In this document: positions 12,601 through 24,819 of the stretch, in pieces
How the letters are laid out: each line of letters opens with the position of its first letter
How positions within the stretch are numbered: position 1 is the first letter of the stretch
Assembly: GCF_031769215.1 (NCBI RefSeq)
Contig: NW_026782013.1
Span: 310,001-374,000 of the forward strand
Reading direction: 5' to 3'
Length of the DNA: 64,000 bases
Source: Ylistrum balloti
Lineage: Eukaryota
The notes under the pieces: generated by a model
Seen by the model: only the letters and a program-made list of their open reading frames with translations
Told to the model about the DNA's origin: nothing
The model's database searches: none
Position numbers and translations under genes: made by a program

Positions 12601-15600
12601 ATTCACGAGGTCGGTACAGGTTCCATGTTGACAGGGGTTAGGATCACAGTCGTCTATGTTTGATGAACAGTTGTGTCCTGTGTAACCGACTGTACACTTA
12701 CATTGGTAGCCATTCACGAGGTCGGTACAGGTTCCATGTTGACAGGGGTTAGGTTTACAGTCGTCTATGTTTGATGAACAGTTGTGTCCTGTGTAACCGG
12801 CTGTACATGTACATTGGTAGCCATTCACGAGGTCGGTACAGGTTCCATGTTGACAGGGGTTAGGATCACAGTCGTCTATGTTTGATGAACAGTTGTGTCC
12901 TGTGTAACCGACTGTACACTTACATTGGTAGCCATTCACGAGGTCGGTACAGGTTCCATGTTGACAGGGGTTAGGATCACAGTCGTCTATGTTTGATGAA
13001 CAGTTGTGTCCTGTGTAACCGACTGTACACTTACATTGGTAGCCATTCACGAGGTCGGTACAGGTTCCATGTTGACAGGGGTTAGGATCACAGTCGTCTA
13101 TGTTTGATGAACAGTTGTGTCCTGTGTAACCGGCTGTACATGTACATTGGTAGCCATTCACGAGGTCGGTACAGGTTCCATGTTGACAGGGGTTAGGATT
13201 ACAGTCGTCTATGTTTGATGAACAGTTGTGTCCAGTGAAACCGGCTGTACATGTACATTGGTAGCCATTCACGAGGTCGGTACAGGTTCCATGTTGACAG
13301 GGGTTAGGATCACAGTCGTCTATGTTTGATGAACAGTTGTGTCCAGTGTAACCGACTGTACACTTACATTGGTAGCCATTCACGAGGTCGGTACAGGTTC
13401 CATGTTGACAGGGGTTAGGATCACAGTCGTCTATGTTTGATGAACAGTTGTGTCCTGTGTAACCGACTGTACACTTACATTGGTAGCCATTCACGAGGTC
13501 GGTACAGGTTCCATTGGTAGCCATTCTATGTTTGATGAACAGTTGTGTCCAGTGTAACCGGCTGTACATGTACATTGGTAGCCATTCACGAGGTCGGTAC
13601 AGGTTCCATGTTGACAGGGGTTAGGATCACAGTCGTCTATGTTTGATGAACAGTTGTGTCCAGTGTAACCGGCTGTACATGTACATTGGTAGCCATTCAC
13701 GAGGTCGGTACAGGTTCCATGTTGACAGGGGTTAGGATCACAGTCGTCTATGTTTGATGAACAGTTGTGTCCAGTGTAACCGAGTGTACACTTACATTGG
13801 TAGCCATTAACCGAGCTGTACACTTACACGAGGTCGGTACAGGTTCCATGTTGACAGGGGTTAGGATCACAGTCGTCTATGTTTGATGAACAGTTGTGTC
13901 CAGTGTAACCGAGTGTACACTTACATTGGTAGCCATTCACGAGGTCGGTACAGGTTCCATGTTGACAGGGGTTAGGATCACAGTCGTCTATGTTTGATGA
14001 ACAGTTGTGTCCAGTGTAACCAGCTGTACATGTACATTGGTAGCCATTCACGAGGTCGGTACAGGTTCCATGTTGACAGGGGTTAGGATCACAGTCGTCT
14101 ATGTTTGATGAACAGTTGTGTCCAGTGTAACCGAGTGTACACTTACATTGGTAGCCATTCACGAGGTCGGTACAGCTTCCATGTTGACAGGGGTTAGGAT
14201 CACAGTCGTCTATGTTTGATGAACAGTTGTGTCCTGTGTAACCGAGTGTACACTTACATTGGTAGCCATTCACGAGGTCGGTACAGGTTCCATGTTGACA
14301 GGGGTTAGGATCACAGTCGTCTATGTTTGATGAACAGTTGTGTCCAGTGTAACCGAGTGTACACTTACATTGGTAGCCATTCACGAGGTCGGTACAGGTT
14401 CCATGTTGACAGGGGTTAGGATCACAGTCGTCTATGTTTGATGAACAGTTGTGTCCAGTGTAACCGACTGTACTGTACATTGGTACATTGGTAGCCATTT
14501 GACGAGGTCTATGTTTGATGAACAGGTTCCAACAGTTGTGTCCAGGGGTTAGGATACAGTCGTCTATGTTTGATGAACAGTTGTGTCCTGTGTAACCGAC
14601 TGTACACTTACATTGGTAGCCATTCACGAGGTCGGTACAGGTTCCATGTTGACAGGGGTTAGGATCACAGTCGTCTATGTTTGATGAACAGTTGTGTCCA
14701 GTGTAACCGGCTGTACATGTACATTGGTAGCCATTTACGAGGTCGGTACAGGTTCCATGTTGACAGGGGTTAGGATCACAGTCGTCTATGTTTGATGAAC
14801 AGTTGTGTCCTGTGTAACCGAGTGTACACTTACATTGGTAGCCATTCACGAGGTCGGTACAGGTTCCATGTTGACAGGGGTTAGGTTTACAGTCGTCTAT
14901 GTTTGATGAACAGTTGTGTCCAGTGTAACCGAGTGTACACTTACATTGGTAGCCATTCACGAGGTCGGTACAGGTTCCATGTTGACAGGGGTTAGGATCA
15001 CAGTCGTCTATGTTTGATGAACAGTTGTGTCCAGTGTAACCAGCTGTACAAGTACATTGGTAGCCATTCACGAGGTCGGTACAGGTTCCATGTTGACAGG
15101 GGTTAGGATCACAGTCGTCTATGTTTGATGAACAGTTGTGTCCTGTGTAACCGTACACTTACATTGGTAGCCATTCACGAGGTGTACACTTACATTGGTA
15201 GCCATTCACGAGGTCGGTACAGGTTCCATGTTGACAGGGGTTAGGATCACAGTCGTCTATGTTTGATGAACAGTTGTGTCCTGTGTAACCGACTGTACAC
15301 TTACATTGGTAGCCATTCACGAGGTCGGTACAGGTTCCATGTTGACAGGGGTTAGGATCACAGTCGTCTATGTTTGATGAACAGTTGTGTCCTGTGTAAC
15401 CGAGTGTACTTACATTGGTAGCCATTCACGAGGTCGGTACAGGTTCCATGTTGACAGGGGTTAGGATCACAGTCGTCTATGTTTGATGAACAGTTGTGTC
15501 CAGTGTAACCGAGTGTACACTTACATTGGTAGCCATTCACGAGGTCGGTACAGGTTCCATGTTGACAGGGGTTAGGATCACAGTCGTCTATGTTTGATGA

Positions 15601-18600
15601 ACAGTTGTGTCCAGTGTAACCAGCTGTACATGTACATTGGTAGCCATTCACGAGGTCGGTACAGGTTCCATGTTGACAGGGGTTAGGATCACAGTCGTCT
15701 ATGTTTGATGAACAGTTGTGTCCAGTGTGTAACCGAGCTGTACACTTACATTGGTAGCCATTTACGAGGTCGGTACAGGTTCCATGTTGACAGGGGTTAG
15801 GATCACAGTCGTCTATGTTTGATGAACAGTTGTGTCCTGTGTAACCGACTGTACACTTACATTGGTAGCCATTCACGAGGTCGGTACAGGTTCCATGTTG
15901 ACAGGGGTTAGGATCACAGTCGTCTATGTTTGATGAACAGTTGTGTCCTGTGTAACCGAGTGTACACTTACATTGGTAGCCATTCACGAGGTCGGTACAG
16001 GTTCCATGTTGACAGGGGTTAGGATCACAGTCGTCTATGTTTGATGAACAGTTGTGTCCTGTGTAACCGAGTGTACACTTACATTGGTAGCCATTCACGA
16101 GGTCGGTACAGGTTCCATGTTGACAGGGGTTAGGATCACAGTCGTCTATGTTTGATGAACAGTTGTGTCCTGTGTAACCGAGTGTACACTTACATTGGTA
16201 GCCATTCACGAGGTCGGTACAGGTTCCATGTTGACAGGGGTTAGGATCACAGTCGTCTATGTTTGATGAACAGTTGTGTCCAGTGTAACCGAGTGTACAC
16301 TTACATTGGTAGCCATTCACGAGGTCGGTACAGGTTCCATGTTGACAGGGGTTAGGATCACAGTCGTCTATGTTTGATGAACAGTTGTGTCCAGTGTAAC
16401 CGAGTGTACACTTACATTGGTAGCCATTCACGAGGTCGGTACAGGTTCCATGTTGACAGGGGTTAAGATCACAGTCGTCTATGTTTGATGAACAGTTGTG
16501 TCCAGTGTAACCAGCTGTACATGTACATTGGTAGCCATTCACGAGGTCGGTACAGGTTCCATGTTGACAGGGGTTAGGTTTACAGTCGTCTATGTTTGAT
16601 GAACAGTTGTGTCCTGTGTAACCGATTGTACACTTACATTGGTAGTCATTCACGAGGTCGGTACAGGTTCCATGTTGACAGGGGTTACGTGTACAGTCGT
16701 CTATGTTTGATGAACAGTTGTGTCCTGTGTAACCGACTGTACACTTACATTGGTAGCCATTCACGAGGTCGGTACAGGTTCCATGTTGACAGGGGTTAGG
16801 ATCACAGTCGTCTATGTTTGATGAACAGTTGTGTCCAGTGTAACCGAGTGTACACTTACATTGGTAGCCATTCACGAGGTCGGTACAGGTTCCATGTTGA
16901 CAGGGGTTAGGATCACAGTCGTCTATGTTTGATGAACAGTTGTGTCCTGTGTAACCGGCTGTACATGTACATTGGTAGCCATTTACGAGGTCGGTACAGG
17001 TTCCATGTTGACAGGGGTTAGGATCACAGTCGTCTATGTTTGATGAACAGTTGTGTCCAGTGTAACCGAGTGTACACTTACATTGGTAGCCATTCACGAG
17101 GTCGGTACAGGTTCCATGTTGACAGGGGTTAGGTTTACAGTCGTCTATGTTTGATGAACAGTTGTGTCCTGTGTAACCGACTGTACACTTACATTGGTAG
17201 CCATTTACGAGGTCGGTACAGGTTCCATGTTGACAGGGGTTAGGATCACAGTCGTCTATGTTTGATGAACAGTTGTGTCCTGTGTAACCGAGTGTACACT
17301 TACATTGGTAGCCATTCACGAGGTCGGTACAGGTTCCATGTTGACAGGGGTTAGGATCACAGTCGTCTATGTTTGATGAACAGTTGTGTCCTGTGTAACC
17401 GGCTGTACATGTACATTGGTAGCCATTTATGAGGTCGGTACAGGTTCCATGTTGACAGGGGTTAGGATCACAGTCGTCTATGTTTGATGAACAGTTGTGT
17501 CCTGTGTAACCGAGTGTACACTTACATTGGTAGCCATTTACGAGGTCGGTACAGGTTCCATGTTGACAGGGGTTAAGATCACAGTCGTCTATGTTTGATG
17601 AACAGTTGTGTCCAGTGTAACCGAGTGTACACTTACATTGGTAGCCATTCACGAGGTCGGTACAGGTTCCATGTTGACATGGGTTAGGATCACAGTCGTC
17701 TATATTTGATGTACAGTCATCTCCTGTGAACCCTGAAAGAAAAGTGTATTATGATAAATGTATATCTTTAATTATAAACCCAGCATGGTTATATTTGATA
17801 ACGATAACAAATATAAAAGATTATTGATCATTTATTGAATCATCTATGCGCTCGACCCCAATGGACATATCAATCAATTTTAAAGTTATTTCAATGTTAG
17901 ATTATTACTCATGCGTTATAGACATATACTATCTTCAATTAGACTTAGTTAGGGTAATTGCTTAAGGATTTCAGTTTCCATTTCTGGATAGTAACAACCC
18001 ATGCATCCCTATTTTCTTTTATATTTCGCAATTGCTTCGATTTTTGTATTAGTTTTTAAATATTAATGATTGAAATATTTATTATAGTTTACTACATTAC
18101 TGTAAGATAAAATTGCCTGATCGTCCAGAGTACAAATGTATACTAATTACATACACTCGAACTTTTACTCCTTTCTTAAACGACTTTACTTCCACTGCAT
18201 AGCATGTCGATAATTAATAATCCTACTGTTTCACATCACCGTTTTCATTGAATCATTCTGTATGATTATATGACCAATACGGACGTACGTCAAACTTTGA
18301 TAATGGGTAACACTGAATTGTGTCTTGCTTTATTTATTTGTAATATATTTTACGGTCACCTTAAATGGATTAATCTTAATAAGCTTAGCGAATGTTCGCA
18401 TCATATTTTAAACTCGCTATTGACATAAAACGGTTTTAACGGTCATTAAACACCGTCGTTGCTCTTATAACATGTCATAGAAATAATATTGTAAGGAAAG
18501 TAAGATATCTTTAACATCAAAATATGAACTGTATAACATTAACTGCCATCCCATGTTAGGTATTTTTACCGGGTTTAAATTAAAAGAAAACAAGTCTTCC

Positions 18601-21600
18601 TATTTAATTATGATTAACTTCGACCGGTTAATGTGTGGCCATCAAGCTCATAATTTTGGTAAAGCACCTTAATATCCTGAGTTACCTCCTTGAAGAAAAT
18701 TTTATTCTTCCATCTCTGGACCTTGAGAAAATATCTGAGCCTGCTCTGATCTATTTTTAAAAACAATTTACGACCCCTCCATCAATGAAGAGCACTTTAT
18801 TGTACAATATCTGAGTGTTGAGAATATTTGAGAAATCCGGGTTAATTTGACACCTTTGGTCCCACCCATCTGGCCCGAGAAGAATTCGAAAATGTTTATT
18901 ATTTACGACGGACAGACAAAAAGGTGGAAAATTCAGAAGCTTCGATCACAATTGTTCTAAACATGGGAAGTATTACATCAAAAACAACCTGAACAGTAGA
19001 TAGTTCGTACAGGACATTTATTGATTTGATCAGGAAGGACTGAATTTTAACCTTTCCAATAGTTACAAAACGTTGACAACGCCTTTCACATCAATTAAAA
19101 CAATAAATATTATGCTTTTCTATATGTATATAATTCTTGGGAAAGTAACTGAATACATATAAGGTATCACGTCATCTAAAACATCTGAAGGTGTTGATTT
19201 AGAATGGTCTGGCCAAACGACAAACAAAAATGAATAGCACATTTGCGTGTTAATTGATATCTTTAATGATACTTTTACATATGAATAAAGCATTTTTTGT
19301 TATTGTTCATAGATATGTATTCTAACCTGTTGCCACAACAATTTTGACTCACGATTCCGGAAAAGGGGCACGAAAAATTCGAAAGAATGAGTTTTCAAAC
19401 GCATGTTTTGTGACAAAGGTACTTAACAGTGCCTATTTGAGAAACTCAAGGAGGCAACTTAATTCGACAACGTTTATTTTGATCATGCCGACGGTGAACA
19501 CACGCTATGAGCATACAAACCATGTTGGCAGATTTTGCTTCCATTTACATCACAGTGCGCATGTGCGTTTTCTGCACAGAAGGTAGTACAGTTGGGGCCG
19601 AAATATCGGGGAAGACACTTCACAGTTATTTGAAATGTTAATCTGAAACAAATGGTAAAAAAAGAATGCCTTTTGTATATAGATTTACTCTTGCTTTTGG
19701 TAAAAAAAAAAGATATGAATGAAAAAAAATAATCACGTTTTTACAATTGACCAGTGATCAGGTCGCGGAATAAAGTTATCTAAAATTATTTTGTTTCGAA
19801 ATACAGATAGTTTAAAATCCATTCAAACCAATAGAATGATGTATACTTTTGTGAAACGCACCTGACGACCCCGAAATGCCGTATTAAAACCAAACCGAAA
19901 TGTACGATAAATGCAGGTGAGAAAGAAAAGAAGATAGATAATTGAAAAAGAGGCATATTATACAATATGATGTTTCAAATTTATGTATAAACCGCAGAAT
20001 AATCATATGATTTCTACCCGAGGGTTCCTGTTGTTATACTATATATGTTTTATCTACCTGTAGTACTATGTATACATACCGTATTCTGTCATGTTCTGGT
20101 ATACTTAGAGTTACATTGGTGCTCTCTCCAGTATGTCCATGAAACGAGTACTTAATTGTGCCCAGGTTGTCATCACTTCCCAGGTAGTCATAATCGTATA
20201 TATGCACGGACAAGGGAAAACTCTGGAAGAACAAGTGCAGACTGAGTTGTCAGAAGTTAGCGACTGATCCAAAAGTCTCTCATGTCTATAAAGCGATGTA
20301 ATTTCTCATTTATCGTTTTAAGTTAAAGTATCAGAACATAGGAAATATATCTCGATGCGTGAGAACGTTTCTTCATAACTGTCAGCTGATTTATTGAAAG
20401 TTAGAAGTAAAAACCAACTGCTCACTTCCGATCAGTAGTATATGATCAACGATATATATCCTATTCAAGATTATTTCTCAAAACAACCACTTGATTTTTA
20501 TGACAATAAACCTTGTTGTATATTTCTTTTTTCCAAAAACCACGCACACACACATGCACACACTCATACATTCGTTGACATTCATTTTTTTACACAAGAT
20601 TAATACTTTTTTCGTATTTCAAACCTTACGTTTACAAGAGTTCTAGATGACGTGTTCCATTTACTCATTTGTATACCGGTATTTATATGATCTTTACAAA
20701 TATAGACAGAAAACAAATACGTCTATAGATGTGTAGTGAAATATCTGGCCTAACATTGATAGCATGGCAGATTCTGTATCATATCTAATAAGCTACGGCT
20801 AGACAATGGGGTAGTCCCACCTATTTCAAGATTTCAATCTATGGACGTTTCCAAGCCCATCAACGGCATTAATAGTCATATGTTAGGAATCTCAAAGCCG
20901 TCATGTTTGGTCAAAATATAAACCGAATGATATATTCTTGTCATGATTTTTTTCTTCTTCTCAAAAAGCATGATAGTAGCTGAGTTTCGTCATATTATTT
21001 TGATAATGTAAATATAGTATTGCGCAAATTGTATGCATATTCCACTTTTCCGTTTCGTGTTTGCACCACAATATTAACAATGATGTTAGATTTGAACTGA
21101 TAACATACAAACTAAGATAGAATCTTACTCCACTCCATCGCTCCAGGTACCAATTGGATGGGTTGTACTGCTGTGTCTTTGGTTGGTCTTTAAACAAGAA
21201 TCCGATGGTGTCGTCTACCCTATTTCCATTGTCCTTTTTAGTACATTTACTAGAATTATAAGAAACATTACCAATATACGTTTTATTTTTCTCAAGTTGG
21301 TGGATCAGTTTTGATTACATTAAACACAACAATAACTTTTTTGATATTTCCACTTTGTATGCCAAATAGAAAGTCATGCATTAATTTTCTCATAAAAAGA
21401 ACAAAATTGAAGCGAAGACTTGTCGTAATTAACACAAGGGAACAAAAGCAGATGTTCCCTGATTTATATCATGCCTGCGTCTGTGAGTATAAATGATCTA
21501 CTATAGTNNNNNNNNNNNNNNNNNNNNNNNNNNNNNNNNNNNNNNNNNNNNNNNNNNNNNNNNNNNNNNNNNNNNNNNNNNNNNNNNNNNNNNNNNNNNN

Positions 21601-23699
21601 NNNNNNNNNNNNNNNNNNNNNNNNNNNNNNNNNNNNNNNNNNNNNNNNNNNNNNNNNNNNNNNNNNNNNNNNNNNNNNNNNNNNNNNNNNNNNTACTTAC
21701 CGAGTTGTGCAAACTTGCATGTAGATATCACATCTACCTTTTAACGAATCACAATACATGTGTTCCGTGTCTTCATATTGCAACAAGTTGATTATCACCC
21801 ACGCCTTCGACGTCAATTTCTAAAAATTCATGTAATATTAAGTGTATAGATATACCCTACATCTAGCTATAACCTACATGTGTTTACATTTGATCGACGA
21901 TGTAACAAATATGGATCTGAAGCCGATTTTCATTTAAGGACAATCTCTCTTTTATATCTCGTGAAAACTTTGATGATACCTTAAATTCATATACACTCTG
22001 CGTTACAACAAATATATTTCAATGTGTGCTGAAGAAATCATGATTAAACCGTAAATGTATTTGATTGTTTACCTATAGCCTTATTAAAGGACTCTTCAGT
22101 ATGATTTTCAACTCCATACTTTAATAAAAATCGATCTAAATCACAACGTAGCGTAGCATTTTCGTGAGAAAACCATGTCTGGATTTCGACAAGCTAACAC
22201 ACCACCAAGAGCTCAAACCGTGTTTCGTTACAAGTCAAATCAAATAAGTTTAAATTGCAACATCAAATCGAAAAGCGAAACGGGGAGTTCAAATTAGAAT
22301 GAATCTTTGAGTATACATACACAAAAAAATGGCAAATAAAATCAATAAGATGTCGAACTCACACACACACACACCCTCACATAACTAAATAATTAAATAC
22401 ACAAAAACGAAACAAAAAAATAATTGTAACGGGGACAATTACATAAATTCCCCAAACTACCCCTTCTGTCGCAAATAAAATGCTTATTAAAATAAGAAAT
22501 AACTTTAATTCACAACTAAGCCTATCTACATTAGAGCAGAGTTCCTCGTCTCTGGTGCACATGCTTTACACCTGAGAGGCAGTTGTGCACGACACCGATA
22601 ATCTATGGCCAGTTAGCAATACCCTGGAAGACGACACTAGAAATACATAACATGAGTGATAGTATACCTATTAAGTGCTCGAGAGCCTCGACATTAACAA
22701 TTGACAATATCAAAGTTAAAACATCTGTGACGGCCATGTCTGTTATTCATTCTTTAAAAAAACTGATTGCACCACTGCTTTCCTTACATTAGACAAGACA
22801 TGCATCAATTTTCATAAAAATTCGGTACCAACAAATCTTCAGTGGCTGCGTCAGTCATCTTGGAATGTGGAAATATGACATGGTTATCACTGCAATCTAG
22901 TTTTCACTGTACAGTAAATCTTCTGAGTGTGATTTACATACTTCAATAATTTACTCATTTGGCTTATAAAAACGAAATACTTACCGATCCTATATCCGTG
23001 CTGCATTTTACCTGCAATTGTAATGAACAACAATTATTTCATTTTAATGACACAATCGATATAAATCTCGATGAAATGTTTGTTTTGATTTGAACTAGAA
23101 CTGTTGAATATTAAGAAACGATAAATAATCTACTTATTGCAATTTTCTCACTTTCCATGGATGCCAGTTTGAAGTCGATGTTCTGTATATAGCTGAAATG
23201 CGTGTTCTGCCGGAAATATTGTTTCATATTTAAGACAATGATTATCAACATATGAAATACTTAAATGATTAGATACAGAATGACTGGGATGAAAGCACTT
23301 TAATACAGTTCGCTTCCTACCATTTTATAGGGCTGTCTCAGTATGTCTACATTATTTAACGTTCCTAAAATTCCAAATGTATTCAGCAATAATTGATATT
23401 TTCACTGCAAATACAGCTATTTAATTTGACAGAAATGAGTGGAAATACGAAAACTTGTTATTTCACTGGAGTAAAATTATCACACCGCAGTGAAATATCA
23501 CTTTAATGTAAAACCTCATGTTTCACAGTGACAACTGTAATAGATTATTTTACGTCAACATTAAAAACAGGTTGAAATACCCTTCCACATTAATATAAAG
23601 TAACGTTACCTGTACATTACGTAGAATCCCTTGCAATAATAGTAACGTCATAAGATTAAACACTAAGTCCCTTGGACTTTTTTCGTATATACTCAACAT
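6673..23699 (-). CDS. DSL-family (Delta/Serrate-like) Notch-ligand-like membrane protein: SP, C2/MNNL-like, DSL, ~52 cbEGF, mucin, SEA-like, TM, tail
   Basis: Exons on the minus strand, 5' to 3': 23699-23610 (MLSIYEKSPRDLVFNLMTLLLLQGILRNVQ); 23011-22985 (VKCSTDIGS); 21819-21701 (KLTSKAWVIINLLQYEDTEHMYCDSLKGRCDIYMQVCTTR); 21249-21129 (KCTKK...NWYLERWSG); 20222-20080 (SFPLSVHIYDYDYLGSDDNLGTIKY...); 19642-19521 (LTFQITVKCLPRYFGPNCTTFCAENAHAHCDVNGSKICQHG); 17732-11498 (FTGDDC, EGF array, S/T/P stalk); 10707-10554; 9108-8946; 8366-8272 (TM ALVIGIVAGVVVVLAITTAVVLIRK); 6805-6673 (tail, TGA). All junctions are GT-AG with matching phases. The EGF exon contains frame breaks as assembled. The two 5'-most exons are the least certain. 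Confidence 0.85.
7060..7460 (-). mobile_element. Degenerate Penelope-like retroelement RT fragment
   Basis: The minus strand reads YLVDNIFVDFGGKIFQQT...SCEAEFIEEVIK, the same family as the fragment at 31.6-32.1 kb. Frameshifted; lies in the last intron of the DSL gene. Confidence 0.55.
11870..17710 (-). repeat. Coding tandem array of 111-bp (37-aa) Ca-binding EGF units, about 52 copies
   Basis: Unit DDCDPNPCQHGTCTDLVNGYQCKCTLGYTGHNCSSNI. Period 111 bp (e.g. CAGGGGTT at 12854 and 12965). Six-Cys EGF spacing with the N-I-D-D-C and C-x-D-x4-Y-x-C cbEGF consensus. Confidence 0.95.
21508..21693. other. Assembly gap (186 N) inside an intron of the DSL gene
   Basis: Run of N. The flanking exons (21701-21819 and 21129-21249) join in phase, so no coding exon is required in the gap. 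Confidence 0.95.
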
Positions 23700-24512
23700 A
23701 ATGTTTAAGTTTTCCTATCTTGACTGTCAGCCGTCCCGCTATTACATCTGTGATTGTGGTGTGATGTTCGGTAGTATGATAGTATATCTATACCCACGCT
23801 ATGTCTAAAAGATTAGGACAAACCAACACATGGATGGAGACCTGCTGTTCAGGTAGATACCTGTTAATTGGCAACAATGTAAGTCGGGTCAAGACAACAA
23901 ACAAATTAAAATACATTAAAAAATAGAAGTAAGAGCATAACTTTTCAAACAGGAATGGACAGAGTCATGTCTATCACATAAAACCACGAACGCTTGTTTG
24001 TAATACTTAATGTAGTCATAACAATTGCATAAAGATAACGACATAGGAGATACGTGAGTCAGTTTTTCACTAATATACAGTTTAAAAGTACCAATTAGTC
24101 CCGAGATTTCCTTGTTAAGTATGGCTAGTAATTACAGAAGTATACGGCCTTTTGTTAAGCTTCTTCATGCTGTTCTGTTATAATCACACTACTTTAATGA
24201 CTGAAAATATAGAGAAAAGTGACCACAAGAGAAGTCTGTCATATGGTCATACTCGCTATTCGGGCAACCCCGCAATTAAGACCATTTTTGTCCAGTCCCA
24301 AGGGTGGTCCTTATATTAAGATTTCAGCGAATGGAACAGTTTCACCGTTGCATCTAACTGGATTTTATATATTTAAAACATATCTAGTTGTACAATACAC
24401 CCTACTACTTTGCCTCCAGAATACCATTAGCGTGAATGATCGATTATTCGTCACGAACAAATTAAGTTGAAACTTCTGACAAACATAACCTTGGTTACAG
24501 TATCTAACAGGG

Positions 24513-24712
24513 CGCGTGCAGTCGCGGTGTCGCACGTGCTTGACCACCAATTTCGCGTAATTCAGTCGCGTGCCGTTGCATGTTTGCTAGACGGAAGCAC
24601 GGGTCTTATTGTTGTCGATTTCAAGAGATGCCGGAACTTCTGCTCCACGACGGTTTGACTGGTCGACCGGTCACGTGTCGCCATGGCAACACCGGCATTA
24701 CGTGAGTATATA
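24513..24712 (+). promoter_or_regulatory. HELT proximal promoter: two CACGTG, two CACGCG, RFX X-box, TATA-like box
   Basis: CGCGTG at 24513 and 24567; CACGTG at 24533 and 24672; GTCGCCATGGCAAC at 24677-24690 (fits GTNRCC-N0-3-RGYAAC); TATATA at 24707-24712. The region is CpG-rich relative to its flanks. Confidence 0.6.
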
Positions 24713-24819
24713 GGTGGCTGTAGTCTCGAGCTTTTCACAGATTGATTCTGACATCAAAATGCTTGAATGATTTCTCCTTGGGAAAATTAATAGAGCAGCA
24801 TATATAGATATATCTGAAG

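Noticed and set aside
11503-16799. Plus-strand ORFs overlapping the EGF exon (11503-11838, 12432-12641, 16596-16799)
   Set aside because: They are antisense shadows of the DSL gene.
11870-17710. EGF array as Notch receptor, fibropellin or crumbs, or any array here as CRISPR
   Set aside because: No LNR, ankyrin, CUB or laminin-G exons were found, and the upstream exons give C2 plus DSL. The arrays have no unique spacers and the DNA is eukaryotic.
18620-18950. Segment resembling bivalve non-autonomous Helitron/MITE-like repeats (GACGGACAGAC etc.)
   Set aside because: No termini or TSD could be defined by eye; it needs a repeat-library search.
22163-22170. Su(H)/CSL site CGTGAGAA
   Set aside because: A single intronic site, not paired and not near the HELT promoter; expected by chance.
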